Positions 36,032-46,800 of a stretch of 64,000 nt of DNA are shown here, piece by piece; within the stretch, counting starts at the first letter, position 1, and each line of letters opens with the position of its first letter. This stretch comes from an uncultured Anaerolineae bacterium (GTDB taxonomy: Bacteria; Chloroflexota; Anaerolineae; Aggregatilineales; Ch27). Where the stretch lies: NCBI GenBank assembly GCA_964529715.1, contig CAZGXI010000013.1, forward strand, positions 45,716-109,715, written 5' to 3'. Position numbers and translations under genes: made by a program. The notes beneath the pieces were generated by a model. The model had not been told where the DNA came from. It worked only from the letters and a program-made list of their open reading frames with translations, and ran no database searches.

Positions 36032-36616
36032 TCAGGAGAAATATCCCAGTGCCAGGCGAACACGCTCCTCTACGTCACGGGGCGCGTCGCGCGGGATGGA
36101 TTGCAGAGCCGCCTGCGCCTCGACCACACTGTAGCCCAGGGCGATCAGGGCGTCCAGCACGTCAGCGTCCACGTCACTCAGCATCGCCAGTTCAGCAGCA
36201 CCCCTGACGGCCAATCTGTCTTTGAGTTCAAAGATGATCTTCTCGGCGGTCTTTTTGCCGATGCCCGGCACGCGGGTCAGCAGGTCTACTTCTGCATGAG
36301 CAACGGCGTGCGTCAACTGCGCCAGACTGAGTGCGCTCAGGATGGCAAGCGCCAGCTTGGGACCAACACCGCTGACGTTAATCAGGGTTTCAAAAAGCTG
36401 GAGTTCCTGCTCGTCGGCAAACCCATACAGGGTCAGTGCATCTTCACGGACGGCCAAGTGGGTGAACAGGAAGACGCTATGCCCTACACCCTCGACCACA
36501 TCAAAAACGGTCCGGGGCACGATCACACGAATGCCTATCCCCCCTACAAGGACAACCAGATGATCCTTGCCCTGGGAAATCACCTGCCCCTGGATATTGG
36601 CAATCATGACAGACAA
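36032..36616 (-). CDS. ruvA: Holliday junction DNA helicase subunit RuvA
   Basis: IANIQGQV...LVVLVGGIGIRV OB-fold start. Two HhH motifs (LINVSGVGPKLALAIL, LTRVPGIGKKTAEKII). Confidence 0.92.
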   Translation of the reverse strand: MSVMIANIQGQVISQGKDHLVVLVGGIGIRVIVPRTVFDVVEGVGHSVFLFTHLAVREDALTLYGFADEQELQLFETLINVSGVGPKLALAILSALSLAQLTHAVAHAEVDLLTRVPGIGKKTAEKIIFELKDRLAVRGAAELAMLSDVDADVLDALIALGYSVVEAQAALQSIPRDAPRDVEERVRLALGYFS

Positions 36617-36618
36617 CC

Positions 36619-37113
36619 CTATTCGGATATGAGGCGATCAAATTGCGCACGGCGCAAATCGGTCAGGGCGACGGCCAATGCGTCCGCCGCATCGTCCGGG
36701 CGTGGAATATGTTCCAGGCCCAACAACTCCTGCACCATCTGCTGCATCTGGGTCTTGGAGGCGTTGCCGTACCCGGTGATGGTCTGCTTGACTTCGTGCG
36801 GCTTATACTCGCGGACTTCGAGCCCGGCGTCGGCCAGCGCCAGGATCAAAACGCCCCGTCCCTGTGCCACGCTGATGGCGGTGGTGATGTTTTTGCCAAA
36901 AAAAAGCTGCTCGACGGCAGCAGCATCCGGCCGGTAAGCCCGAACCAGGCGAGTGAGTTCCTGGTAAAGCTGCCGGAGGCGTTGCGGCATCGCATCGGCA
37001 GGAGACGTCGTAATCACGCCATAGGCTACGGCTTCGAGCGTGCCATCATCATCTTCACGCACAAAGCCATAGCCTACGGTGGCTGTGCCGGGGTCAATAC
37101 CCAGGACGATCAT
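36619..37113 (-). CDS. ruvC: Crossover junction endodeoxyribonuclease RuvC
   Basis: MIVLGIDPGTATVGYG start and the ...DAADALAVAL catalytic region. 164 aa. Confidence 0.92.
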   Translation of the reverse strand: MIVLGIDPGTATVGYGFVREDDDGTLEAVAYGVITTSPADAMPQRLRQLYQELTRLVRAYRPDAAAVEQLFFGKNITTAISVAQGRGVLILALADAGLEVREYKPHEVKQTITGYGNASKTQMQQMVQELLGLEHIPRPDDAADALAVALTDLRRAQFDRLISE

Positions 37114-37118
37114 CCGTC

Positions 37119-37874
37119 TCAGGCGACCTGCAGGCTTTCCAGGATTTCGTCGCTGATGCTGACGTTGGAAGAAACGTTACTCACGTCGTCCAACTCTTCC
37201 AGCTTTTCGATCAGCCCCATCACCTTGAGTGTGTCATCCCGGTCGAGTTCGATTTCATTCTTGGCGACCCAGGTCAGCTTGGCATCCTCGATGATATAGC
37301 CCGCCTGACGCAACTTACCGGCCACTTCTGCCAGGGCCTCGCGCGGGGTATAGATGGTGATGGACTCGCCTTCCTCAATCACATCCTCCGCACCTGCGTC
37401 GGCAGCCAACAGGAACAGCGCATCGAAATCCACTTTTTCAGCCGAGACGGAGATCAGGCCTTTCTGGTCGAACTGCCAGGCAACCGAACCGGCAGAGGCC
37501 AGACTGCCGCCGCTGCGATTGAACACGTACTTCACCTCGGCCAATGTGCGGTTTTTGTTATCGGTAAGCGTATCTACCAAGATGGCCGCCCCGCCTGCCG
37601 CATACCCCTCATAGGTAACAGACTCCAGCGCGACAGTGTCGTCGCCGCCGCCTGAGCCACGCTGGATGGCGCGCTCGATGTTATCTTTGGGCATGTTGGC
37701 GGCCCTGGCTTTTTCAATTGCCAGGCGCAAGGCCGCGTTGGCATTGGGATCACCGCCGCCTTCGCGGGCAGCTTGAGTGATTTCGCGGGCGATCCGGGTA
37801 AATATTTTACCACGCTTAGCGTCTTCGGCGCCTTTCTTGCGCTTGATAGTAGACCACTTGCTATGACCAGACAT
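37119..37874 (-). CDS. yebC: YebC/PmpR-family transcriptional regulator
   Basis: MSGHSKWSTIKRKKGAEDAKRGKIFTRIAREI is the canonical YebC N-terminus. Confidence 0.92.
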   Translation of the reverse strand: MSGHSKWSTIKRKKGAEDAKRGKIFTRIAREITQAAREGGGDPNANAALRLAIEKARAANMPKDNIERAIQRGSGGGDDTVALESVTYEGYAAGGAAILVDTLTDNKNRTLAEVKYVFNRSGGSLASAGSVAWQFDQKGLISVSAEKVDFDALFLLAADAGAEDVIEEGESITIYTPREALAEVAGKLRQAGYIIEDAKLTWVAKNEIELDRDDTLKVMGLIEKLEELDDVSNVSSNVSISDEILESLQVA

Positions 37875-37966
37875 GGCGGGTTCTCCAGGCTCGGTGGATA
37901 ACGAATTTCATTGAGTCCATTATACCGCAGCCCCTGATGACCATGCGACCCCCAGACCAGGGATTT

Positions 37967-38488
37967 TCAGTTGCCACGCTGGCCACGTTCGGCGCTGAAT
38001 TGCTCCTCTAACTGCCGGATAAGCTGCGCCTGCCGGCTGCGGATGTCCGTCAAGGCGGCGCTGGCATCCGCCGCTGCCGTTTGCAACTGAATGGCCGCGC
38101 CGTTGGCATAAGCCTGGAACGCGGCAAGACCGTTTTCCATCAATGTGCTGATGCTGCGGTGAATTTCGGCAGCGCACTCATCCGGGGCGGGTACATCGGC
38201 GAAAGCGTTACGCAGTTCCATCATACGTTGGATGGCAGGGCCGACCTCGCCAGATGGCAGGGCAACGCTATCCAGCATAGTGCGCACAAATTCCGTCTCC
38301 AGAAAGTCGGTGTTTTCCAGCCAGTTTTCCAGGTCTGCCGAAGCACAACCGCCGACGAAGACCAGGTCTTGGGCAGCAGGGACGGTAATGGAGATGGTAG
38401 CCGGGGTGTAAGGTTCTTCCTGGCCACAGGCAGCCAACAGCAGAACGGCACACATCATCACCAACAATGCCGTATGTCGTGAATGCAT
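37967..38488 (-). CDS. Hypothetical lipoprotein
   Basis: Lipobox LLLAAC. Helical 150-aa body with no recognised motif. Confidence 0.55.
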   Translation of the reverse strand: MHSRHTALLVMMCAVLLLAACGQEEPYTPATISITVPAAQDLVFVGGCASADLENWLENTDFLETEFVRTMLDSVALPSGEVGPAIQRMMELRNAFADVPAPDECAAEIHRSISTLMENGLAAFQAYANGAAIQLQTAAADASAALTDIRSRQAQLIRQLEEQFSAERGQRGN

Positions 38489-38721
38489 TCCATGCCTCCT
38501 TGCCGCCTGAACTTTCAGGCGGGCTTTGTGGAGAAAGGACTCAAAAGAAAAGCCTTAAGGTCCAGTTCTTCAGGGTGGTGACAGGGCGTGGACAAGACCA
38601 ATGGTATCGGCAACACACCGGCACTGGCCGAAAACGGTACAGAACGACATCTGGCGCTGGCGATCCCTGCATTCGGCTGACCGTAGATTATCATGTGGAA
38701 GGAACGTGTGTCAAAAGGACT

Positions 38722-38750
38722 TTGCTACTGCATCGTGACTCTATTACAAT
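38722..38750 (+). promoter_or_regulatory. Candidate sigma-70-type promoter TTGCTA-N17-TACAAT
   Basis: TTGCTA at 38722..38727 and TACAAT at 38745..38750, 47 nt upstream of the ATG at 38797. This supports the shorter start for the FtsK-like gene. Confidence 0.55.
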
Positions 38751-38796
38751 ACAGATATTGCCCAGGGGGGCGCGTATTTCCGGCGGGAAGGTCGTT

Positions 38797-40353
38797 ATGC
38801 CACAACTGTTGAGCCGTATGGACGACACGGGATGGCTGACTCCGGCTATCGCCGAAATGTTGGATGAAGTTCTGCCCATTCCCCACGACGAAAAATTCCG
38901 ACGCGAGCAGGCCGTCAAACTCCAGAAACGATTAGCCGAACTGGGTGCTCCTGCCAGAGTGACACGCATCGCCGTGTTGCCATCGCACACCCTATTCCTG
39001 CTTCAGCCAGGCGCAACCGGTCGGCGCGGAGCCACCCAGCGCATCACTTCAGCAGAGGACATTGCTCACCGTCTGCCGCGCCTGCGGGAGACGCTCAACG
39101 CCCAGGCCGTCGATGTGCTGCCGCGTCTGCGCCGCGCGCCGGAACAGGTGGGGCTGCTGGTACGAATGGCCGATCACGGCGAACTGCGTCTGCGCAATCT
39201 ACTGCTGCTGCCTGTCTTTCAGGCTGCCGCAGCAAAAACATCTGTCGTAATGGGGATGGACCTGGAACAGCAGGCGGTGGTGCGCGATCTCGCGGCACTG
39301 CCTCACCTGCTGATCCTCGGAGACGACATTGAGGCTGCCCGGCAGTTTTTGCGCTGCCTGCTGCTGACACTGGCGCTCTTTAACACCCCTGCCGAGTGCC
39401 GTATTGCGCTCATGAACACAGGGCGCATCGAGCTGGTAGACGATCTGGATACCTTTGCCCGTGTACCGCATGTCTTGGGCCGCCGCCTGCGCACGGCGGA
39501 TGAGAGTCTGAAACTGCTCGACGGACTGGTGAAGGAGCGGGAACGGCGCAAGCGCCTCTTGGAGCGGCAGGAAGTGGACGATCTGGAAAGCTATAACGCG
39601 CGCGTGCGACACGAAAAAGGCAGCCTGCTGCCCCGGATCATTGTGGTGATGGAAGAGTTGTTGGACCCGACATGGAATGCGCTCCAGGAAAAGTGGCTGC
39701 CGCCGCTGGGTGAACTGCTAACGCATGGGCACACAGCGGGCATTCATCTGATTTTAATTGCCCGAACGAAGGACAGCCGGGACATCCCCAACGCGCTACT
39801 GCAAACGACACCGGCCCAAGTTGTCTTGCGGTCCGCAACGGCAGAGGTGGAGCGCCTGCTGCCGAAGGCGCCCGCTGCGCCGCTCAGTTTTGTGGATGGT
39901 TTCCTGGTGGAAGGAGAACGTGGAGTCGCAGCACTGGAATTCTGCCGGGTTACAGATGCCGAGATCGAGCGCATTGTGACCTACTGGCGACAGGCGGCGG
40001 CGCAGCGCGCGAAGGAGATACCATCGCCCGTCTCGACCGGCGTCACCGGCTTGCTGAATCCCGCCGCTTTATCTGCCACCGAAAATCGGGCAGAGCCGGC
40101 CAAACCCTCCCCGCCGACTCCACAGGCGATCAAGCGCATCACCGAGGCCCTCACACCAGAGGAAGTCAAGCTGGCACGGGCGCGGGCGCTGGCTGCTTAC
40201 CTGGGCTGGCTCGGCAGCGGCCCGCTGCACGACGTAATGGGAATGGGAACAGATGAGGCGCAGGCCGTCCTGGCGCGTCTGCGCGAGACTGGCTACCTGG
40301 AAGCCGGAGAGGGACCGACCTGGCGCTTCGTGCGGCTGGATAACGGCAGTTAG
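38797..40353 (+). CDS. FtsK/SpoIIIE-family protein with degenerate Walker A (probable pseudo-ATPase) and gamma-like winged helix
   Basis: Colinear with the FtsK motor domain. LPHLLILGDDIEAARQ replaces PHLLxAGxTGSGKS (39298..39345). Walker B region IIVVMEELLD. GIHLILIARTKD corresponds to GIHLxLATQRP. The C-terminal GTDEAQAVLARLRETGYLE resembles the gamma domain. Confidence 0.7.
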   Translation: MPQLLSRMDDTGWLTPAIAEMLDEVLPIPHDEKFRREQAVKLQKRLAELGAPARVTRIAVLPSHTLFLLQPGATGRRGATQRITSAEDIAHRLPRLRETLNAQAVDVLPRLRRAPEQVGLLVRMADHGELRLRNLLLLPVFQAAAAKTSVVMGMDLEQQAVVRDLAALPHLLILGDDIEAARQFLRCLLLTLALFNTPAECRIALMNTGRIELVDDLDTFARVPHVLGRRLRTADESLKLLDGLVKERERRKRLLERQEVDDLESYNARVRHEKGSLLPRIIVVMEELLDPTWNALQEKWLPPLGELLTHGHTAGIHLILIARTKDSRDIPNALLQTTPAQVVLRSATAEVERLLPKAPAAPLSFVDGFLVEGERGVAALEFCRVTDAEIERIVTYWRQAAAQRAKEIPSPVSTGVTGLLNPAALSATENRAEPAKPSPPTPQAIKRITEALTPEEVKLARARALAAYLGWLGSGPLHDVMGMGTDEAQAVLARLRETGYLEAGEGPTWRFVRLDNGS

Positions 40354-40450
40354 CGGTCAGCCGCCAGAGCGAGACCTTCTGGGAATGGGCTGCTGACTGC
40401 TCAGAAAGTGTTTAAAAAACCTGCCACATGGACAGGGTACTCCGACAGCT

Positions 40451-40537
40451 CTCACCCCCTGCCCCCTCTCCCTCATGGAGAGGGGGAATCGCCGGCTTTT
40501 CAAGCCCTTCGCCATGAGGGAAAGGGGTTGGGGTGAG
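40451..40537. repeat. GC-rich palindromic intergenic element, possible bidirectional terminator
   Basis: Arms CTCACCCCCTGCCCCCTCTCCCTCATGG (40451..40478) and CCATGAGGGAAAGGGGTTGGGGTGAG (40512..40537). Inner hairpin CCCCCTCTC-CCTCATG-GAGAGGGGG. It lies between convergent genes. Confidence 0.6.
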
Positions 40538-40623
40538 GACCATAGCCGTTGCCCAACGCCATCTCTGGCTGATGCGTAGGGTTTTAAACGCACTCTCATT
40601 GCTGAGGGCTGACGACTTCTTTG

Positions 40624-42606
40624 CTAACTGCTCGGTGTGGCAGAGGGCGTCGGCGTGGCCTCCGGCGGCAGCACAGCAAAGGTGCAAGAATTGTAACTGT
40701 TGCCCAGGATCACGCGGAAGTCCACCGTGCGGTTCGGGTCCGGCTCGATGCGCACATTGTCTGGACTGACATTCAACACGTGCATAATCGTTCCCAGACT
40801 GCTACCTTTAGTACGCCCGGTGTAGTCAATGATGATGGTATCGGGATAATCCGTCCGGTCGGCCTGCCCGCCTGCGATAGGGGCAAAGTTTTCCCAGGCC
40901 AGGCGATCTGCCGCCACCTGATCCCAACCCTCGTTCGGCGTGCCGTTAAGGACCTCGATCACGGCATTTTCCTGCACAAGCTGGTTCACGGTAGGCGGCA
41001 GGTAAAAGTTGTCGATGAGCTGCGCCACGTTCTCCCACACAGGAAGCTGTACATACGAGCCGTCCGGCGGCTGCCAGGGCGTAGTGTGGTAAGTGCGGAT
41101 GAAGCTGTGGCTCTCGATGCGGCTCGGATCGAGATTGACCGCCATCGGCAGCAGGCCAATGACGTCTGCCAGCGTCAGGTTTGTGTGCACGATCTGGGTC
41201 AGCTGCGGCCACAACTGTGCCACCTGCCCGATCAGGCCCTGGGCGTTAGCCTCACGCCAGATGGCCCGCAAAAGCTGCATCTGCCGCCGTCCCCGGTCGA
41301 AGTCGCTGCTGTTATGGCGGGAACGGGCATACCACAATGCCATATCGCCATCCAGGTGGTGCACGCCGACGGGCAGAGTATACAGCCGGTAGATCGGTTG
41401 CCCCCAGGCGTCATCGCCCTCATAGCGATAGTCTTGGATGGCACAGTCCACCGCAATATCCACGCCGCCGAGTGTATTGATAATCTGCTCGAAGCCATTG
41501 AAGTCGATGCCGGCGTAGTAGTGAATGGGAATGCCAAAGTTGTACAGGATTGTCTGGCGTAACAGGCCGAAGCCGCCGTCGGTCCAGCCGATAGTCTCCC
41601 CACGTTGGTAGGCCAGGTTCAACCGCTGCATCGTCCAGCCGGGAATAAATACAAACAGGTCGCGCGGCAGAGATAACATGCTCACCGTTCCGACGGTGCG
41701 GTTGATCGAGACAATGATCATGGTGTCGGTGCGATAGCTGGGATCACCGGGATCGACCATGCTGTCGCTGCCGAGCAGGATGATGTTCATGATGTCGTAG
41801 TCGCGCCGGTTCGCCAGGGGGACCTGCGTGGGAATAGCCGTGACGGGCGTCACCAAGGGCGTGCTATTTGGCGGGAAAAGAATGGTCGGCAACGGCGGGA
41901 AGGTGGCCGTGACCGCCGGTGTCGCCGTTTCGGTGAAAGTCGGCGTGAAGCGCGGCGTGTTGGTCGGGATCAGAGTGTTGGTCGGAATGGGAGTGTTTGA
42001 CGGCGTCAGGGTATACGTAGGCGTCAGGGTATACGTGGGTGTCAGCGTGTAGGTGGGCGTGAGCGTAAAGGTCGGCGTCTGGGTCGGCGTGGAGGTCGGC
42101 GTCAGGGTCAGTGTGGGCGACGGCGTAATGGTCGGTGTGAAGGTCGGCGTGTAGCTGGGAGTGTTGGTCGGGAATAACACTGCTGCTGTCGGCGGCGGCG
42201 TGAAGGTCGCCGTCAGCGTGGCCGTCGCCGTCGCCGTCGGAGTCGCGGTATTGGTCGGCGTGGACGTGGCCGTAAAAGTCGGTGTTTGCGTGAAGGTCGG
42301 CGTCAGGGTGTAGGTAGGCGTAGGCGTGAGCGACGGCGTGACGGTATGTGTCGGCGTGTCTGTCGGCGTTGAAGTCGGCGTATCCGTCGGAGAAGGCGTA
42401 TCGGACGGCGTCATTGTCGCCGTCGGAACCAGAGCCGTCGCCGTCAGGGGAAAAGCGGCAGCGCGTTCTTCGGCCCGACGTTGCGCCTCAATCCGGTTGA
42501 CTACAGCCTGGATTCCCCACACCAGCACAGCCAACACAGCCAGCACGACCAGCGCCAACAACAGCCGTCGCAACAACCGAAAACGCCGGGGAGGTCTCGT
42601 ATTCAT
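40624..42606 (-). CDS. LytR-CpsA-Psr (LCP) family cell-envelope phosphotransferase with long Thr/Pro repeat stalk
   Basis: The ATG at 42606 gives [28 protein letters not shown] (TM anchor). A ~230-aa TPTxTxTPT repeat region follows. LCP core NIILLGSDS...[10 protein letters not shown]...SLPRDL and a LytR_C-like tail. Confidence 0.85.
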   Translation of the reverse strand: MNTRPPRRFRLLRRLLLALVVLAVLAVLVWGIQAVVNRIEAQRRAEERAAAFPLTATALVPTATMTPSDTPSPTDTPTSTPTDTPTHTVTPSLTPTPTYTLTPTFTQTPTFTATSTPTNTATPTATATATLTATFTPPPTAAVLFPTNTPSYTPTFTPTITPSPTLTLTPTSTPTQTPTFTLTPTYTLTPTYTLTPTYTLTPSNTPIPTNTLIPTNTPRFTPTFTETATPAVTATFPPLPTILFPPNSTPLVTPVTAIPTQVPLANRRDYDIMNIILLGSDSMVDPGDPSYRTDTMIIVSINRTVGTVSMLSLPRDLFVFIPGWTMQRLNLAYQRGETIGWTDGGFGLLRQTILYNFGIPIHYYAGIDFNGFEQIINTLGGVDIAVDCAIQDYRYEGDDAWGQPIYRLYTLPVGVHHLDGDMALWYARSRHNSSDFDRGRRQMQLLRAIWREANAQGLIGQVAQLWPQLTQIVHTNLTLADVIGLLPMAVNLDPSRIESHSFIRTYHTTPWQPPDGSYVQLPVWENVAQLIDNFYLPPTVNQLVQENAVIEVLNGTPNEGWDQVAADRLAWENFAPIAGGQADRTDYPDTIIIDYTGRTKGSSLGTIMHVLNVSPDNVRIEPDPNRTVDFRVILGNSYNSCTFAVLPPEATPTPSATPSS

Positions 42607-42748
42607 CGTCTTCTCTACCCACATTTGCCGACACAGGCAGCCAGCCTTCGGACACGCAATGAAACGGCGAACAAGGGGTCCAAGCCCCTTGTTGTGCGCG
42701 GCGCAGGTTTGCTGCGTGGCCAAGTTTAACCGATGAGCGCCGCTGCCG

Positions 42749-43843
42749 CTATCGAAAAGTAACGCGGATGGTGCAGGGGTCGGGGAAATTACCCGTCACA
42801 TCCACGACGGTCAGCCGTATCTGGTAGACACCGGGGCCAAAGCGCGCCGGGTCGATGGTCGCCAGCACATCGTCCGGGCCATAAGCAGGCGTGCTCGACA
42901 GCGCAACGTTGGCGAAGTTGGTCTGGTTCTGGCCGCGAATTTCCACTTTGTAAAAGCTGAAATTGCTGATCTCGCTCAAGATGGCCGTCCCACGCACCGT
43001 GAACGGCATGAACAGCACCGCGTCCGGCGACGGGGAGGTGATGCGCACTTGTGGGATCAGGCAGCCGATCACAGGCGGCGGCAACGGGCCGCTGCTCGTC
43101 GGCGTGAGAGCGAGCACGGTTGGAACGACAACCGTCGGTGGTGGCAGAACAGACGTTGTGGGTAGAGCGGTCGGCGCAAAGAAGGCATCCGGCACGTAAA
43201 TGATCTGACCTGTTGTAATGCTGGTGGCATCGGCGATACAGTTTGCCGCTTGCAGTTGATCCAGTGCAATGCCTGCGCGCAGCGACAGGCGAAACAGGTT
43301 GTCGCCCGTCTGGACAATGTAGGGCAACCAGCCCGGCGGCGGCAGACACACAGATGGGGTCAGCGTCGGCGGCGGGGTGACAGGTGTGGGCAACAGCGAA
43401 ATCGGTGTGTTAGTCGGCGGAAGCGGGCTGGGTGTCTGGGTGGGAGTTGCCGACGGACGCAGTGTGGGCGACAGGGTCGGCGTCGAAGACGGGCGCGGTG
43501 TGCGCGTCGGCGTGAGGGTGTATGCAGGTATTGCGGTCTCACCCAGGGCGGCTGTTTCGGTCATTTTGCCGCCGGTCGGTGTGGTCAGCGGTGGGGTATC
43601 CGTTGTTATGGAGATGGTGGCGGTTTCCATCGAGATGGCGGTAGTCGCCGTCGCCGCCGAAATATCGGTCGGCGCAACAGGCTGAGCCGTTGTGCCGGAC
43701 TGAGCAACCGTCGTTCCCCCCGTGAGGATTGGAAGGCCGTTGCTCGTCACGACAACAGCGAAAATCACCGCTACCATCAGCGCCCCAATAGCACCGATAG
43801 CCACCAGGATTTCGTTTCTCAGATTTCGGGGATGCGGCTGCAT
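42749..43843 (-). CDS. Membrane-anchored LysM-domain protein
   Basis: N-terminal TM and a Thr/Pro linker. LysM unit [29 protein letters not shown]...GQIIYVP. C-terminal beta-rich domain. The ATG lies 3 nt after the upstream kinase stop. Confidence 0.8.
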   Translation of the reverse strand: MQPHPRNLRNEILVAIGAIGALMVAVIFAVVVTSNGLPILTGGTTVAQSGTTAQPVAPTDISAATATTAISMETATISITTDTPPLTTPTGGKMTETAALGETAIPAYTLTPTRTPRPSSTPTLSPTLRPSATPTQTPSPLPPTNTPISLLPTPVTPPPTLTPSVCLPPPGWLPYIVQTGDNLFRLSLRAGIALDQLQAANCIADATSITTGQIIYVPDAFFAPTALPTTSVLPPPTVVVPTVLALTPTSSGPLPPPVIGCLIPQVRITSPSPDAVLFMPFTVRGTAILSEISNFSFYKVEIRGQNQTNFANVALSSTPAYGPDDVLATIDPARFGPGVYQIRLTVVDVTGNFPDPCTIRVTFR

Positions 43844-43846
43844 GGT

Positions 43847-46800
43847 TTATGTTCGCTCCGCCAGCGGCGTGAAAGGAATGGCGAACACAAAGCGTGTCCC
43901 CACGCCGCTCTCGCTCTCGACCCAGATTTTGCCTCCGTGCGCCTCGACCAGGGCTTTTGCTATCGACAGCCCGACCCCGGTATCGCCTAACCCCTGGATC
44001 AACGGGTTGTCAGCGCGGTACAGGCGGGTAAAAACACGCGGCTGGTCTTCCACCGGGATACCACCGCCCTGATCCTGCACGGCGACGAACAGGCACTCCA
44101 CGTTCGTGGGCCTACCCTGCGTGTTGGAAAAAGCGATCTCTTCCCGGCGGGCCACGACAGCCACCTCGCCATCGGTCGGCGAGGCTAGGTAAGCGTTGCT
44201 GAGCAATTCAGCGATGACCTGTTGCATGGCATCTCGGTCAGCGTGCAAGAGAGGAATATCTTCATCAAGGTCCAGTTGGACAGCGATTCCCTTCTCACGG
44301 AACTGAGTCCCGGCGTTCATGATAGCCGTCTCGATGATCTCAACCATGTCAATCGGCTCCGGTTCCAGGCGAACCTGGCCGCTATCCAGAGCAATCACAT
44401 GCACCAGGTCTTCGATCAGACTGCCCAACCGCTCGATGTTGGCCTTAACCCGCTGTAAGAACTTGCGCTGGAGTGCCCCCAGAATCCCCACCGACTCGCC
44501 GAGCAACAGGTCGGTATAGCCGATGATAGAACTCATCGGTGTGCGGAGTTCCTGGGCGATGGACAGAATAACTTCTGGGTTTTCGGGACGCGCTGCCCTG
44601 ACCGCCCCCCCTGCCGACGGGGAACGGATGGCCTGATCGTAGGCTTGCAGCTTGCCTTCCAGCAGGTCCAAGTCGGCCTGTGCCTGGATGAGCTGGCTCT
44701 CCAGCTCACTACGCTCGGCGCTGAGTTCGTCGATCATGGCCTTCAATGCACCCACACCGTCGGCACCGAGCTGATCGAGCATCTCGCGGTCGCCCTGGAG
44801 GCGGGCCAGCAGTTGGTCACGCTCAGTTTGCAGAGCGGTCCGGTCGGCCTGAAGGCGGGCCAGTTCCTTTTGCAATGCGGCGCGCTCTTCAATACGGGCG
44901 TTGCGCTCATTGAGCAGTTGATCGCGCTGATGGACGACTTCCTGAAGCTCGATTTTGAGCGTCTCTACCTGTAGTGCAACTTCTTCGCGCTGCGTCTGCC
45001 AGGCCGCCTGCTCCTGGCGCAGGGCGTCGCGCTGCTTGGCAACGGCTTCACGGTCCGTCGCCAGACGAGAAAGGTCCTCTTTCAAGCGCCTGATCTGGTT
45101 CTGGTAGCCCTCACTGTCCTGGGGCGCAACCTCGCGTTCGGCAGTTAGCTGCTGGAGCCGGGCGCGCAGTTGATCGCGCTCCTCGTTCAACTGCCCCAGG
45201 GCCAGAGCCAGCCCGGCCACACCCCCTTGAATACCCAGCAGGTCCAGCTCCTTCTGTACGTCTGACAGTTCGGCAGCAATGGCATCGCGCTCCGCTGCCA
45301 GGCGGTTCTTTTCCTGAGCCAGAGATTCCAGCGTTTGCTCAATAGTTGCCGGGATAAGAAATTTGTCGCTGGTTTGCCTGCGCAGGTCTGCAAGCTGCTC
45401 TTCCAACGCCGCCTTTTGCGCTTCCAGGCTCGCTTTTTCGCGGGTCAGGGCTTCGATCATGGCCTGGTAAAGCTCTTCATTGTCGGCGGCAGTAACACCG
45501 ATAAGCGCCGTCCTGGCGTCTTGAAGCTCCGTCGCCAGTTGATCGCGCTGACCACGAAGCTCCTGGCTACGCTGGTTAAGCGCCACCATCTGCTGCGAAA
45601 TCGAGAGCGTCTCCTCGTCGGAGGCCAGGATTTCGGCAATGCGCCCACGCTCGTATTCGAGTTCGATCTGTAAATCGCGCACAAGATTGCCCAGTTGGGC
45701 AATCTGCTCACGGGCCTGTTCCAGGCTGGCCTGCATTTCCTGGCGGGCATGGATGGCCGGAGTAGCGCCGGCTTCGGAAGGCGGTTTGCCCTCCATCATT
45801 GCCTGGATGACCTTTTCCTCGGCCTCGTAGCGAGCGGCGGCTGCATTCTGATGCAGAGAGAGCAGTTTACTGGCAATCGGCGCAATGCCTTCCAGCAAGG
45901 TGATTTCGTTTTCGCGCAGTTCGCGCTGCGTGTAGGGCAACGCCGCGATCAGCACGCCGAACACGCGGTCTTTTTCCTGCAAAGGCTGAATATAGGCCGG
46001 GCCAATCTGGTTAATATCCAGGCGGGTACAGAGGTCGATCAGCTCGTTCACGTTACGGTCAGCAAACAGCGGGCGCTGGCGGCGGCGTTCAATGGCGTTG
46101 GCCAGGGTCGGCTGCTCATCCAGGTTCAAGGCCAGGCCATGTAGCGGCTTTTGCGAGATGTGGTCATAAGCGGCCAGGATGTCTACCCAGTTAGCATCCT
46201 TGATCGCGCCGACGACTACCACATCGGCCTTGAGTGCGTCGGCAACGGCGATAGCGACCTGGGCGGGAAGATCATCAGGGTGTGTCTTTTCCAGCATGAC
46301 GCCCAGCGCGCGCAGGAGTTGCATCGACTCGCGCTCCACCGATGCAGAGGGTAGCGCAGGCCGTTCCCCCTTAGGACGGGCCGCTTCTGCGGAGGCGGCA
46401 GGTGCAGCAGGTCGCCGGGCGGCTTCCTGCGCCAGGGCCAGCGCATACGTCATGCGCGCCACCACCAGGCGGTAGAGGATCAGCGCCAACAGCGGCAGCG
46501 CCAACAGGAAAGCCAGCCGCAACGCCCCGGCGCTATCGCCCGGCGGGGGACCACTGATAATCTGGGCCAGTGTGCTCAGACTGCCTGCCAGGATAATGGC
46601 GAAAAAGACCATTTTCAACGGCGCGTCCGGCACGGCCCGAAGACGCGCCAGCATCAAGATCAGACCCAGAAAAGCCAATGCCATGATAATAAATGTCCAG
46701 GCCAGGGCGAAAGGCGCGGCGTTGAAGTCCCAGGTCGCGGCCAAGGGAATCCACTGCACGGCAGTGTAAACGTATCCGACAGCGATCAGGGCCAATAACA

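Noticed and set aside
40621-41562. 313-aa plus-strand ORF antisense to the LCP gene. Similar long antisense ORFs occur at 36101..36937, 43250..43990, 52024..53043, 57573..58373, 5649..6338 and 7426..8136.
   Set aside because: All lie opposite genes with strong family signatures and have Arg/Gly/Gln-biased shadow-frame composition. I treat them as non-coding.
41880-42430. Periodic short repeats that could be mistaken for a CRISPR or VNTR array
   Set aside because: The period is 18 nt, in frame, within a long ORF that encodes a Thr/Pro stalk. There is no repeat-spacer architecture and there are no cas genes.
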